A DNA stretch of 64,000 bases from an uncultured virus (IMG/VR IMGVR_UViG_3300017785_009958) (lineage: Duplodnaviria > Heunggongvirae > Uroviricota > Caudoviricetes): the IMG/VR virus record IMGVR_UViG_3300017785_009958; one strand, given 5' to 3'. This document shows, piece after piece, positions 29,008-39,023 of the stretch (position 1 is its first letter; every line of letters starts with the position of its first letter). The position numbers and the translations under genes were made by a program. Under the pieces are notes generated by a model. That model searched no databases. It was not told the DNA's origin and saw nothing but the letters and a program-made list of their open reading frames with translations.

Positions 29008-29610
29008 ATGAGCAAACATTCACCAAAACCAAAATTGTCAATTTTAATTCCGAGTACACCTAACCGTGTAGCCAATAAAATGCTTAAATTATTTACTAAT
29101 CTTGAAGCGCAGGTTGCCAAGCTTACCAACCCAGACGACGTCGAGCTGCTTGTATTTTTAGATAATAAGAGACGTTCAATTGGATTTAAACGCGAATCAC
29201 TTCTTTATATAGCTCGTGGTGATTTTGTAGCATTTATGGATGATGACGACGTGGTACATGATTTTTATATTGAAGAAGCGATTAAAGCTATTAATGGTAA
29301 TCCTGATGTCGATGTGATAACGTTTAAGGAGTACGTTTTTATAAACGATTCACCACGCTATGAACTTACATTTGAACTTGGATATCCAAAAAATGATTCT
29401 GTACAAATACCGAATGCAAAACGCCCGCCATGGCATTGCTGCTTTTGGAAGCGCAAATTAGCGCAGAAATATCACTTTCCTGATCTTATGTACGGTGAAG
29501 ATTGGGCCTGGGCTTCTGAAATTAATAGAGAAGCAAAAACAAGCTATCATATCGATAAATTTATGAGAACTTATATCTATAATGATAAAGTCACTGAAGC
29601 AATAGAATAA
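29008..29610 (+). CDS. Glycosyltransferase family 2
   Basis: LSILIPS, SIG.KR..L...ARGDFVAFMDDDD, YGEDWAW. Confidence 0.8.
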   Translation: MSKHSPKPKLSILIPSTPNRVANKMLKLFTNLEAQVAKLTNPDDVELLVFLDNKRRSIGFKRESLLYIARGDFVAFMDDDDVVHDFYIEEAIKAINGNPDVDVITFKEYVFINDSPRYELTFELGYPKNDSVQIPNAKRPPWHCCFWKRKLAQKYHFPDLMYGEDWAWASEINREAKTSYHIDKFMRTYIYNDKVTEAIE

Positions 29611-29628
29611 TTCTACTGTAAGTTAAAA

Positions 29629-30270
29629 ATGAAAAACGTTTGCTTTTTACATGTTGCTACTGTAGGTAAATATCAAGCTGTAGTAAGTGATATTTTTAAA
29701 AAACTTAAAAACAGTGGGCTGCTCGACGAATTACACCGTATATATGTTAATATTGCAGGTGATGAATTAGTCGTCATACCCCCTGAAGACAAAATTAAAA
29801 TATTTCCTGAAAAGTGTGATCTTGGAATATATGAATTAAGCACTCTCAATCTTCTTAAACAATATTCAAATATTAAAGATGCAAATATTTTGTATATACA
29901 TACAAAAGGTGTAACATCTTTTAACAACCCTTGTATAGAGGAGTGGAGAGACTATATGCTATATTTTAATATATTGAAATATAAAACGGCTATCAAACAA
30001 CTTGAAACATGCGATGCAGTAGGGGTAGATCTAGTAGACACTCCAGTAAAACACTTTTCAGGTAATATATGGTGGTCGAAGACATCTCATATTAAAACTC
30101 TTCCCTGGGTATCTGATTTACCAGTTGTATTAAGTGAGAGGCATAAATGCGAATTTTGGGTGTGTAGTAAAATTGACGGTACGTATAAATCCCTACACAA
30201 TAGTAATATTGATGTATATAGTCGGCATTTAACCCGCTACCCTAAAGAAAAATATGAAAATATCAATTAA
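29629..30270 (+). CDS. Putative glycosyltransferase-like protein
   Basis: YE..TL, LYIHTKG, WRDYM.YF, HFSGNIWW, R...EFW motifs; position in GT island. Confidence 0.5.
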   Translation: MKNVCFLHVATVGKYQAVVSDIFKKLKNSGLLDELHRIYVNIAGDELVVIPPEDKIKIFPEKCDLGIYELSTLNLLKQYSNIKDANILYIHTKGVTSFNNPCIEEWRDYMLYFNILKYKTAIKQLETCDAVGVDLVDTPVKHFSGNIWWSKTSHIKTLPWVSDLPVVLSERHKCEFWVCSKIDGTYKSLHNSNIDVYSRHLTRYPKEKYENIN

Positions 30271-31198
30271 TTATATCCCACATGATAGATATTTATATGT
30301 CAATAGTTTCCTAAAAGAAATTACTAAAATTTCTAGCAGCTTAAAAAAAGATATTGTTGTCAATTTCTTAATATCATCAACTAAAAGAGACTGGAAAGCA
30401 GATAAAGATTTTCTCGCTTCTAAAGATGTTCACTCTAACGTATTTTTAATTAAAAACGGCGACTACATGACAAAGATTAAAACAGCACTAGAAAACAGCG
30501 ATCAATATGCTATTAAGCTTGATGAGGATATTTTTGTACCAGCTAATGTCTGGGAATATATGCTTAGTAATTTAAATGTTCTAGAGGATAAAAATAATCT
30601 ATTTATTTCACCAATACTGTCTACCGGAATTCCTACAGTAGATAAATTTGCTAATCAATTTCTTGCACAAGAAGAGCGTGAAATATTATATAATATTTTT
30701 CTTAAAACGGCATTACCGAGCATATGGGGCGCAAATTATGAACCTCTTATTGAACATACATTTCATGCAAAAGAATGGAATTCAGATAATTTTTATAACG
30801 AGGTAGGTAGAATTCAACATTATTATAAAGGTGTTCACCCTGTACGGTTTTCATCTGCTGCACAGACATTTCTACTTAATTGCGTATTAAAGAATCTAGA
30901 TAAAATATTGAACGAAACAAATTTCTCTCTCTATACAGATCAAAAGCCATATTTTTGTAATAGTGTTTTTGGAATTAAAAAAGACGTCTGGACAAAAATT
31001 TTAAATGATACAAGCTTATTTAAAGACGGGTTTGATGAAGTACCTCTTAATCTATATCGAGAAGATAATAAATTAAATATGGTATTTATTAATAACGGCT
31101 TTAGCGTGCATCCGTCTTATAATACAATAAATGTTTTTGGCGATAATTATAAAGTTCTTTCTGATAGGTTCTTTAATCATGAATACTTTAAGCAATAG
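30254..31198 (+). CDS. Putative GT-A glycosyltransferase
   Basis: Y.IKLDEDIF DxD-like motif; FDE; in GT island. Confidence 0.5.
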   Translation: MKISINYIPHDRYLYVNSFLKEITKISSSLKKDIVVNFLISSTKRDWKADKDFLASKDVHSNVFLIKNGDYMTKIKTALENSDQYAIKLDEDIFVPANVWEYMLSNLNVLEDKNNLFISPILSTGIPTVDKFANQFLAQEEREILYNIFLKTALPSIWGANYEPLIEHTFHAKEWNSDNFYNEVGRIQHYYKGVHPVRFSSAAQTFLLNCVLKNLDKILNETNFSLYTDQKPYFCNSVFGIKKDVWTKILNDTSLFKDGFDEVPLNLYREDNKLNMVFINNGFSVHPSYNTINVFGDNYKVLSDRFFNHEYFKQ

Positions 31199-31892
31199 TA
31201 ATTGGACTTTTGGCATTATTACTGAAAATATTACGCTTACAGAGAGCGGTGATATTTGTAAAGAGCAAAACCAGATTTTATATAGTGCTATTCAAAGTAT
31301 CTTAGATCTCAATATATCTCCAGACCAATATGAGCTTATTATTATTGGTGGTAATAACCAAAAAAAAGATATTCAAAAAGATAATATTACTGTCTTATAT
31401 TTCGACGAAAATATTAAAAGAGCCTGGATAACAAAAAAGAAAAATATTATTTTTGATAGAGCGCGATTTGAAAATACTATTATTATTCATGACTATGTTT
31501 CGTTCGATAAAAACTGGTATAAGGGGTTTCTTTCTTTTGAGACAGATTGGGATGTTTGCATGTGTCAAATAAGAAATAAGGATAATATTAGATGGCGGGA
31601 TTGGCTTCTTTGGTGGTGTGGTACAGCTCCCTATAGATTAGAGCATAACGGAAAGCGGCTTCCTGCTAACAGATTATTATACGACGACTATCAGTTTGTT
31701 AATAATGATATGTATATAAATGGTACCGTTATTATTGGAAAAACAAACTACTTAAAAAATAATAAATTTGATGAAAATCGCTGCTGGGGACAAGGTGAAG
31801 ACTGTGAGTGGTCCGCGCGCTGCAGGCCTACATGGAAATATAAGATGAATGTTAATTCGACCTTAAGATTATTAAAACAAAAAGAGGATTAA
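31179..31892 (+). CDS. Putative GT-A glycosyltransferase (start re-called at 31179)
   Basis: WTFGIIT, WITKKKN, IIHDY, FDE..CWGQGED.EWS. Confidence 0.6.
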   Translation: MNTLSNSNWTFGIITENITLTESGDICKEQNQILYSAIQSILDLNISPDQYELIIIGGNNQKKDIQKDNITVLYFDENIKRAWITKKKNIIFDRARFENTIIIHDYVSFDKNWYKGFLSFETDWDVCMCQIRNKDNIRWRDWLLWWCGTAPYRLEHNGKRLPANRLLYDDYQFVNNDMYINGTVIIGKTNYLKNNKFDENRCWGQGEDCEWSARCRPTWKYKMNVNSTLRLLKQKED

Positions 31893-32612
31893 ATGACCGT
31901 TGCTCTTTGTTTCTACGGACAACCTAGATATCTTGAAAACTTAAACTCTGTACAGTCACATAAAGAGCATATATATTCACAAGCTACTGTTGATGTGTAT
32001 ACTCATTTCTGGTTTAGTGAATCACAAAAATCATATCCTGTTTCCGATTGGTGTAGAGCTAGTGATCTTAAAGTTCATAAGAATACAGTAGAAGCGATTA
32101 AGGCATTCTATAAACCTATTGCTTTAGCATATGAACAACAAAAAGAATTTGCTCCTAGTAACGAAATTAAAGAAATATTAAAAATAAAACCATATTATAC
32201 AGAAAATAATGTTTTTAATTTATTATCTCACCTTTACTCACTACAAAAATGTATTGAACTATTCGAAGAGCGAAAAAATAAAAGTTACGACTTTGTTATT
32301 GTCTCTAGATTCGACAACAAAATACATAAATTTCCTAACTTAACGCAACTATCAAAAAATAAATTCTATTTAACGGATTTTTACGGTAAAGGGTTTAATG
32401 ACTATATATACATAACAGATGAAAAATACCTTAGTGGGTTAAAAGTATATGAAAATTTTGATAGTATTTCTAAATTAACAATCGGTTGCGTGCCGGAAGA
32501 ATATAAGCAAATCAATTTTCATCGAACTCATGGAAAAGATATCCTCGAGTATATACCAAATTTGCAAGCTGGCATATTAAGATCTAGTCACGATACTATT
32601 GGACAGATATGA
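31893..32612 (+). CDS. Hypothetical glycan-modifying protein
   Basis: VALCFYGQPR...YTHFW...YDFVIVSRFD...ND pattern recurrent in viral glyco-clusters. Confidence 0.45.
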   Translation: MTVALCFYGQPRYLENLNSVQSHKEHIYSQATVDVYTHFWFSESQKSYPVSDWCRASDLKVHKNTVEAIKAFYKPIALAYEQQKEFAPSNEIKEILKIKPYYTENNVFNLLSHLYSLQKCIELFEERKNKSYDFVIVSRFDNKIHKFPNLTQLSKNKFYLTDFYGKGFNDYIYITDEKYLSGLKVYENFDSISKLTIGCVPEEYKQINFHRTHGKDILEYIPNLQAGILRSSHDTIGQI

Positions 32613-33982
32613 TAAAACATATTATTTTTGATTTAGACGGTGTTTTAGTCGATGCTCGCGAATTACACTACTATTCGCTCAACAAAGCCTTAGAGTCATT
32701 TGATAAAAAATATATTATTACCAAGGAAGAGCATTTCTCTACATATGATGGCTTACCAACTAATAAAAAATTAGAAATGTTGACGCGGCTTAAAGGACTA
32801 CCGGTAGAATTTTATAAAGATATTTGGTCAAAAAAACAAGAATATACTGCGGAATTTATACTTTCTAATATTGATCCAGATGAAAGATTAATAACAGTTT
32901 TGGATAGATTAAAGCGGGAAGGTTATTCAATTAGTGTTGCATCAAATTCCATTCGCGAAACAGTAAAAAATATATTATTTAAAAAAGGATTTTTATCTTA
33001 TATAAATTTTTTCCTATCCAATGAAGACGTCAAAAGGGCAAAGCCGAATACAGAGATTTTTTTGCGTAGTATGATTCAGGCAGAAGTTGATCCAAAAGAG
33101 TGTCTTATTGTAGAAGATTCTAATATAGGTAAAAAAGCAGCACAAAATTCTGGAGCTTACCTCTGTCCTGTATTATGTACTAATGATGTTACGTATGAAA
33201 AAATACGTACAACTATCGATATGGCAAACAATACAGCACAAACACATAAATGGGTAGGGGGTAGTATTAACGTTTTAATTCCTATGGCGGGTGCTGGAAC
33301 GCGATTTGAAAAAGCTGGATACACGTTTCCAAAGCCTCTTATCGAAGTAAGAGGTAAGCCTATGATTCAGGTTGTCGTAAATAATATAAATATTGAGGGA
33401 CAGCATATTTTTATAGCGCAGCGCGCTCATAGCGAAAAATATAATTTAAAAGATACTTTAAATTTAATTTCACCCGGATGCAAATTAACAATTTCTGATA
33501 GCTTAACTGAAGGCGCTGCATGCACTACATTGCTAGCAAAAGAATATATTAATAACGATACGCCATTAATTATGGCAAATTCAGATCAATATATTGACTG
33601 GGATAGTAGTGAATTTATGTGGTCAATGATGGCTGATCACGTCGACGGTGGTATCCTGGTATTTGAATCAACACATCCTAAGTGGAGCTTTGCAAAACTT
33701 AATAATGAGGAGTATGTATGCGAAGTTGCGGAGAAGCGACCTATAAGCAATCTTGCTACTGTAGGTATATACTTTTGGCGCAAAGGATCAGACTACGTAA
33801 AATATGCAGAACAGATGATACATAAAAATATTCGTGTTAATAATGAATTTTATGTTTGCCCTGTTTTTAACGAAGCAATTCAAGACGGTAAAAAAATAAA
33901 AGTATTTAAAATTGCTAATGATAAGATGTGGGGTATCGGTACACCAGAAGATTTAAGTTATTTTCTTGAAAATCATCCATGA
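32609..33982 (+). CDS. Fusion of HAD phosphatase and sugar-phosphate nucleotidyltransferase
   Basis: N-terminal FDLDGVL, ASNS, KP, VEDS..G; C-terminal LIPMAGAGTRF...PKPLI, NSDQ, EVAEK, NEFYV.P. Confidence 0.85.
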   Translation: MIKHIIFDLDGVLVDARELHYYSLNKALESFDKKYIITKEEHFSTYDGLPTNKKLEMLTRLKGLPVEFYKDIWSKKQEYTAEFILSNIDPDERLITVLDRLKREGYSISVASNSIRETVKNILFKKGFLSYINFFLSNEDVKRAKPNTEIFLRSMIQAEVDPKECLIVEDSNIGKKAAQNSGAYLCPVLCTNDVTYEKIRTTIDMANNTAQTHKWVGGSINVLIPMAGAGTRFEKAGYTFPKPLIEVRGKPMIQVVVNNINIEGQHIFIAQRAHSEKYNLKDTLNLISPGCKLTISDSLTEGAACTTLLAKEYINNDTPLIMANSDQYIDWDSSEFMWSMMADHVDGGILVFESTHPKWSFAKLNNEEYVCEVAEKRPISNLATVGIYFWRKGSDYVKYAEQMIHKNIRVNNEFYVCPVFNEAIQDGKKIKVFKIANDKMWGIGTPEDLSYFLENHP

Positions 33983-34410
33983 AGATTATATCGCATCGCG
34001 GTAATATTTTTGGACTCGATCCAAAAAGAGAAAATGTGCCTGAAATAGTAGAGGAATGTATTGATATGGGGTTTGATGTTGAAGTGGATGTATGGCTCAA
34101 AGATAATATGTACTATCTTGGCCACGATACGCCCAAGATACCAATAACAAAAGAATTTTTATTAAGAGAACAGCTCTGGTGTCATGCAAAAAACCTTGAA
34201 GCACTTCATCACATGCTTAAAGATAACATACATTGCTTCTGGCATCAGGAAGACGATTTTACACTAACATCGAGAGGCGTTATATGGACATACCCGGGTA
34301 AAGAGATTACTAATAAATCTATTCTGGTAACAAACGTTTTTCCAAAAGAAAAATGTTATGGTATATGCACCGATTTTCCCTTTAAAATGCGCAATGAAAA
34401 GAATAGCTAA
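33979..34410 (+). CDS. Short GDPD/PLC-like phosphodiesterase-family protein
   Basis: ISHRGN, EN, DVEVDVW, LGHD, WCHAKN, GICTD. Confidence 0.75.
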   Translation: MKIISHRGNIFGLDPKRENVPEIVEECIDMGFDVEVDVWLKDNMYYLGHDTPKIPITKEFLLREQLWCHAKNLEALHHMLKDNIHCFWHQEDDFTLTSRGVIWTYPGKEITNKSILVTNVFPKEKCYGICTDFPFKMRNEKNS

Positions 34411-35209
34411 TTTTACTCAAACATATAAGGGTACGTTACGTTGGTCTCCAGGCAGTGATGGTAAGAATAGAGATTTTTTAATTGATGCACTTTGCCATAA
34501 TAAAGGAAAGATTGAGAGCTACAAATTGCTCGATTTGCAGACGTTTAATTTTCATAATATAGATATTGAACATAGCAAACAATTAGCTAATAAAATTAAA
34601 ACAGTCTTACCATCTTGTGAGTTTTTTGTTTATCAAGATATGAGTCTCGGCAGTACTATATATAAGCATCTTAATTTTTTAAAAGAGCGTGGTATGACAG
34701 ATTTTATCTGGATACAGGACGATGAATTTTTTACATATAATAATTTTAATGATTTTAGGGATGTTATTGATTTTTACAGAGCACATAAAGATATTAAACA
34801 TATAAACCTATTACATAGATTAAATGAGGGCGTACAGAGCGATGCATATTCAAATCATCCAGGAGTTGGACAAGCACACAATATAAAAATATCCAACAAT
34901 ATAAATTTAACTAAAACGCGCGCAAAAGATATTGAGCCTGCGAACAATTATGTAATGGACTTTTCAGCCTTTATTTGTGACATTGATTATTTTCTTAATA
35001 ATATGTTTCATGAAACGTTTACTGAACATCTTGATGCATATAGACTAGAGGGTGCAGTAAATGAATTATGTCTTAAAAATAATATTCAAAGATGCTTTGT
35101 AAATGTTAATTTTTTTGAATCATTTAATATTGTCGGCATGCCGCCTTCGCTTGGCAAGAGCGATGTCGCTTTGCAAAAACTTAAAAATTTAGTTAAAAAA
35201 CCTTCTTGA
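34394..35209 (+). CDS. Hypothetical protein, possibly GT-like (start re-called at 34394)
   Basis: FIWIQDDEF DxD-like motif; last gene of the island. Confidence 0.4.
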   Translation: MKRIANFTQTYKGTLRWSPGSDGKNRDFLIDALCHNKGKIESYKLLDLQTFNFHNIDIEHSKQLANKIKTVLPSCEFFVYQDMSLGSTIYKHLNFLKERGMTDFIWIQDDEFFTYNNFNDFRDVIDFYRAHKDIKHINLLHRLNEGVQSDAYSNHPGVGQAHNIKISNNINLTKTRAKDIEPANNYVMDFSAFICDIDYFLNNMFHETFTEHLDAYRLEGAVNELCLKNNIQRCFVNVNFFESFNIVGMPPSLGKSDVALQKLKNLVKKPS

Positions 35210-35239
35210 ACTTTAAAGAATTGACGTTATTATATTAAT

Positions 35240-35827
35240 ATGATTTTAAACGATGTTAAATGCTACGATGGTAAACTTCTTCATTCTAGATTTGCTTACA
35301 AATATTTCCGTGAAAGGACACTCCCCATTGGTAATATAATTGCATTTCGCGCGCCAATGAAAGTAGAGGCTGAAGGGATGATCGATAGTGAAGACGTCCT
35401 TAACAACGATTACATCTACAGTGATGATGCAATTAACTTCCTTTGGGAGATTCCTAATCTTGATCCCTTTGGTGCTGTTGCTTGGCAGCGTCTTTTTAAT
35501 ACTCAAATCGCACAAATTCTTAGTACAAGATATCTTGAAACGCCTATTGAAGTTGACGGAGATGATTTGATTGTACATAAAGAGCATATGCAAGCAGGTA
35601 TTGCGCAGCCTAAAGGCAAGTGTAGCGTGAGCATTACATATTCCTCAAATAATGTTGCTCTTGGCCATACGGGTATTAATATCACAGCTGGTAAGAAAGC
35701 GCCTGCGTTTGCTTATTCAACTAATCTCTCAAACGAGCAGGCCATTGCTTTTATGAAAGATATTGTAGAGTTGTTCTATAAGATGAATGACGATATCTTT
35801 ATTGCAACGTCAAAAGTTATTTGTTAA
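35240..35827 (+). CDS. DUF366-like protein (biotin/lipoate-ligase-like fold)
   Basis: YDG..LH..FAY, MID.ED, I.SDD, QRLF, DGDDL, K.SVSI, H.GINI. Confidence 0.65.
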   Translation: MILNDVKCYDGKLLHSRFAYKYFRERTLPIGNIIAFRAPMKVEAEGMIDSEDVLNNDYIYSDDAINFLWEIPNLDPFGAVAWQRLFNTQIAQILSTRYLETPIEVDGDDLIVHKEHMQAGIAQPKGKCSVSITYSSNNVALGHTGINITAGKKAPAFAYSTNLSNEQAIAFMKDIVELFYKMNDDIFIATSKVIC

Positions 35828-36201
35828 TGACAATATTTGATTTTATTTCAAATATTGCTTATACTAAAAATAAAAATTGTCTTAATACTGTAGATGAAGA
35901 ATCGGAGTTTCAGCCTTTTTTGGTTAATCGCTGGCTTAGCATGTATTCTCCGTCTATGGCTAAACTTTCGAACACCTTAAACAAATATATAGGTATATTT
36001 GAATCTAAGAAAGATCTCTTTTCATTATTTTGTGCGACTTTTCCAAAAGTACCAGCCAAAAAAATAACTTATTTTAAGAAAAATAAAGAACAAAAAAACG
36101 CCCAAGATGAAGAGATTGTAACACAAATATCAAAAAATATAGAGCTTTCTAAAAGAGAGATACGTAATTATATTTTTGAACTAAACAAAAAGATTGATTA
36201 A
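35827..36201 (+). CDS. gp62: Clamp loader small subunit (gp62-like)
   Basis: MTIFDFISNI..K...F.PFLVNRWLS...S.RE pattern. Confidence 0.7.
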   Translation: MTIFDFISNIAYTKNKNCLNTVDEESEFQPFLVNRWLSMYSPSMAKLSNTLNKYIGIFESKKDLFSLFCATFPKVPAKKITYFKKNKEQKNAQDEEIVTQISKNIELSKREIRNYIFELNKKID

Positions 36202-36226
36202 ATAGCCAGGTTAATTAAATTACTTT

Positions 36227-36688
36227 ATGCCTATAAATATAGATGTTTTGCCGACACAAAAAAGCTTGTTAGATTTATCAGAATTACCTAAAAATTCATT
36301 TAATTCAGTATTTTATGGTTATAATCTTAATGCTCTTTTAGATGATATTCTCTTAGTACAATATATGGATGAAACCTCAGATGGTACATCTATTGTACGC
36401 AATGGTATTGTTATACCGATTAACGCAGATACAAAAGCGTGGAGAATTGGTGAAGTAGTCTTGTGTGGGCCCAATGCCAAATATGTTAAGAAAGGCGACT
36501 ATGTTTGTTTTCCAAACAATTTAGGTGTGCCTGTTGCTAACTTAGATATTGATGGTTTTGGTACTCTAAAGAAAGGGCTGTTCTTAAACGAGCAGCGTAT
36601 TTTTGGTATTTGTTCTTTAAGAAAAGACGATGAAAGTGTCGCTTCCCACATTAAAAAATCTTCTTCTAAGCAACGTGGCGGAAATTAA
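36227..36688 (+). CDS. GroES-like co-chaperonin
   Basis: GIVIP...GEVVLCGP....VKKGD.V.FP...FLNE.RIFG. Confidence 0.7.
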   Translation: MPINIDVLPTQKSLLDLSELPKNSFNSVFYGYNLNALLDDILLVQYMDETSDGTSIVRNGIVIPINADTKAWRIGEVVLCGPNAKYVKKGDYVCFPNNLGVPVANLDIDGFGTLKKGLFLNEQRIFGICSLRKDDESVASHIKKSSSKQRGGN

Positions 36689-37007
36689 ATTTCTGCGCCG
36701 ACGTCCTCGGGCAGGAGTTCCACCAGCAAGAAGAATGCTATGTACCAATTCGCTTGCATTGCTAATGAGCCCAGAAGGCAGAATTGCATTAAATTATCGT
36801 CGTGCGATTAATTATCCTAAATTTGATCCTAACGTAAAAAATCTTTTAATTACTTGGGATATTTTTATGCAGGACTATAGGTGTATTAACATGTCTGCTT
36901 GTGACTTAATTAATGTAATTCCTGCAAATAAACAGTTTTGGAAATTTTTTAACGAGCGTCTTTCTTTACTCGACGCGCAGCAAAAAATGAGGTTTATGAA
37001 TTCATGA
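36630..37007 (+). CDS. Hypothetical protein (SH3/WYL-like, DUF2693-type)
   Basis: VAEIKF.RR...R.MLCT...WDI....YR.I pattern. Confidence 0.45.
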   Translation: MKVSLPTLKNLLLSNVAEIKFLRRRPRAGVPPARRMLCTNSLALLMSPEGRIALNYRRAINYPKFDPNVKNLLITWDIFMQDYRCINMSACDLINVIPANKQFWKFFNERLSLLDAQQKMRFMNS

Positions 37008-37351
37008 CATCAATTGAACAGATAGAGGCGGGTGTCAATAAACTTTTACAAAGTAAAATAATTTTTGCACTAGAAAATAAAATTGTAAAAAAAGGAAAGC
37101 TTATTTTATTTTGTGTAAAAGATTTCTTTTGTGTCTTTACACTTATATGTGAAGAAAAGAATAACAAAAAAATTATCTATGAAATTCCGTACCCGTTTGC
37201 ATTGAATGTGCTTAATAATAAAGTTGTTTTTGACTATACAATTAATACCTTTTGCGAAAAAAATAAACAACTGACAGACATTATTCGAACTCTCGGAATA
37301 GAGAAGACGTCAAAGCTCTTTAATAAAAGATTATCGATAACTGCAGTTTAA
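37004..37351 (+). CDS. Hypothetical protein
   Basis: 115-aa ORF overlapping the previous stop; GKLILF, EIPYPF. Confidence 0.55.
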   Translation: MTSIEQIEAGVNKLLQSKIIFALENKIVKKGKLILFCVKDFFCVFTLICEEKNNKKIIYEIPYPFALNVLNNKVVFDYTINTFCEKNKQLTDIIRTLGIEKTSKLFNKRLSITAV

Positions 37352-37380
37352 TTTTTGTTTTTATAGTATATAATTAACAC

Positions 37381-39012
37381 GTGTTTAGCAGATATCTTTC
37401 GCATTTTCCAAGAGAGTATGAGCCGAGTAATCAGCAAGTCAAACTTATTCGTGGCGTTGAGCGCGCGTTCAATAATGGAAAAAAATTTGTAATTTGCTGT
37501 GCTCCAACCGGGACAGGCAAAAGCTTTCTTGCTAAGACATTATCCGGATTAGGTTCAAAGCCAAATACAACATTTGTTAACAGTATTGAGAGCTATGCAG
37601 CCTATAAACAAGATTTTGCCGGTAATTATATTAATGAAGTCGATTGCTTGTCACAGCCACCATTTGGGACATTTGCTCTGACAATTACTAAATCACTGCA
37701 AGATCAATATTTAAAACTTTTCCCAGATACAGACATTCTCAAAGGCAAATCTAATTATATTTGTGATGTTGATCAAAATTTTGATGTTGAAACTGCACCG
37801 TGTGTATTAGTTTCAAAAATACGTGATGAGTGTTGGGAAAAAAACCGATGTCCTTATTATAATGCGCGTAACAAATCACTTCTTTCAAATTTTTCTGTTT
37901 TAAATTATAAGATGTTTCTTGCATTACCGAATCATGTAAAACGCAAAAATTTTATTATTTGTGATGAAGCCTCAGAATTAGAAGATGAGTTGGTTAAGCG
38001 TTTTTCAGCTGAAGTTACATATGACCGCTTGAAGCAGTATGGTATTAGCTTTAACTCGCTTATTACCGATAATAAAGATAAAACAAGAGCGTGGATTTAT
38101 GATTTAATTTTTCACGTTAGCGAACAAATTAATACTTTAATTAATCGGGTAAATAAAAAACAACGAACACTTTCGCAGCCTGAAAAAATAAAATTACAGT
38201 ATTTAAAAAACCTACACAATTCATTGACAACCGTCGACGGCCTCTGGAAGGATTGCGAATTTATTATTGATAAAGATAGTAAAAGGGTAACCTTTACTCC
38301 GCTAAAAGCTGATAGACTTACAAAATTTATTTTTGATTACGCTGAAAATGTATTGTTAATGTCAGCTACAATTATTGATCATAAGAATTTCGCAAAAACA
38401 CTAGGCATTAAAGACTATGAATATGTAGAGGTTGAGAGCGATTTTGACCCTGCTAAATCGCCTATATACGTATCATCAAAACATAAATTAAATTATAAAA
38501 ACCTAACAAACGTTCTACCCGATATTTGCGAACAAATAAAAACAATTATTGAGCATCATAAGAACGATAAAGGTATTATTCATACCCATTCGCGAGATAT
38601 AACAAATTTTCTTAAAACGAAACTATCCAATAATAAGCGATTTTTGTTTAGGGACGATCTAGCAAATAATGAAGAGATTCTTAAACAGCATTATGAAGCT
38701 GACTTTCCAACGATTCTAGTTTCACCCTCTTTATCTTTTGGTGTTGATTTGAAAGACGATCTAGCAAGATTTCAGATTATTATTAAACTTCCATTCCCTC
38801 CTTTATCATCAAAGCGTATAAAAAAATTATTTGAAACAGATAAAGATTGGTATGAAAATAAGATGCTAAATTCATTAGTACAAGCATGTGGCCGAGCAAC
38901 TCGTAGTAAGAACGATTTTTCAACCACCTATATACTTGATGGTAATATAGTTAATTCGCTTAAACGTACAAAAGATAAGTTACCTAAATCTTTTATAGAG
39001 CGCATTTGCTAA
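37381..39012 (+). CDS. DinG/Rad3-like SF2 helicase
   Basis: APTGTGKS, LQDQY, KGKSNY.C, Cys cluster, DEA, MSAT, GVD, K.PFP, QACGRATR. Confidence 0.88.
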   Translation: MFSRYLSHFPREYEPSNQQVKLIRGVERAFNNGKKFVICCAPTGTGKSFLAKTLSGLGSKPNTTFVNSIESYAAYKQDFAGNYINEVDCLSQPPFGTFALTITKSLQDQYLKLFPDTDILKGKSNYICDVDQNFDVETAPCVLVSKIRDECWEKNRCPYYNARNKSLLSNFSVLNYKMFLALPNHVKRKNFIICDEASELEDELVKRFSAEVTYDRLKQYGISFNSLITDNKDKTRAWIYDLIFHVSEQINTLINRVNKKQRTLSQPEKIKLQYLKNLHNSLTTVDGLWKDCEFIIDKDSKRVTFTPLKADRLTKFIFDYAENVLLMSATIIDHKNFAKTLGIKDYEYVEVESDFDPAKSPIYVSSKHKLNYKNLTNVLPDICEQIKTIIEHHKNDKGIIHTHSRDITNFLKTKLSNNKRFLFRDDLANNEEILKQHYEADFPTILVSPSLSFGVDLKDDLARFQIIIKLPFPPLSSKRIKKLFETDKDWYENKMLNSLVQACGRATRSKNDFSTTYILDGNIVNSLKRTKDKLPKSFIERIC

Positions 39013-39023
39013 TAAATATTATA

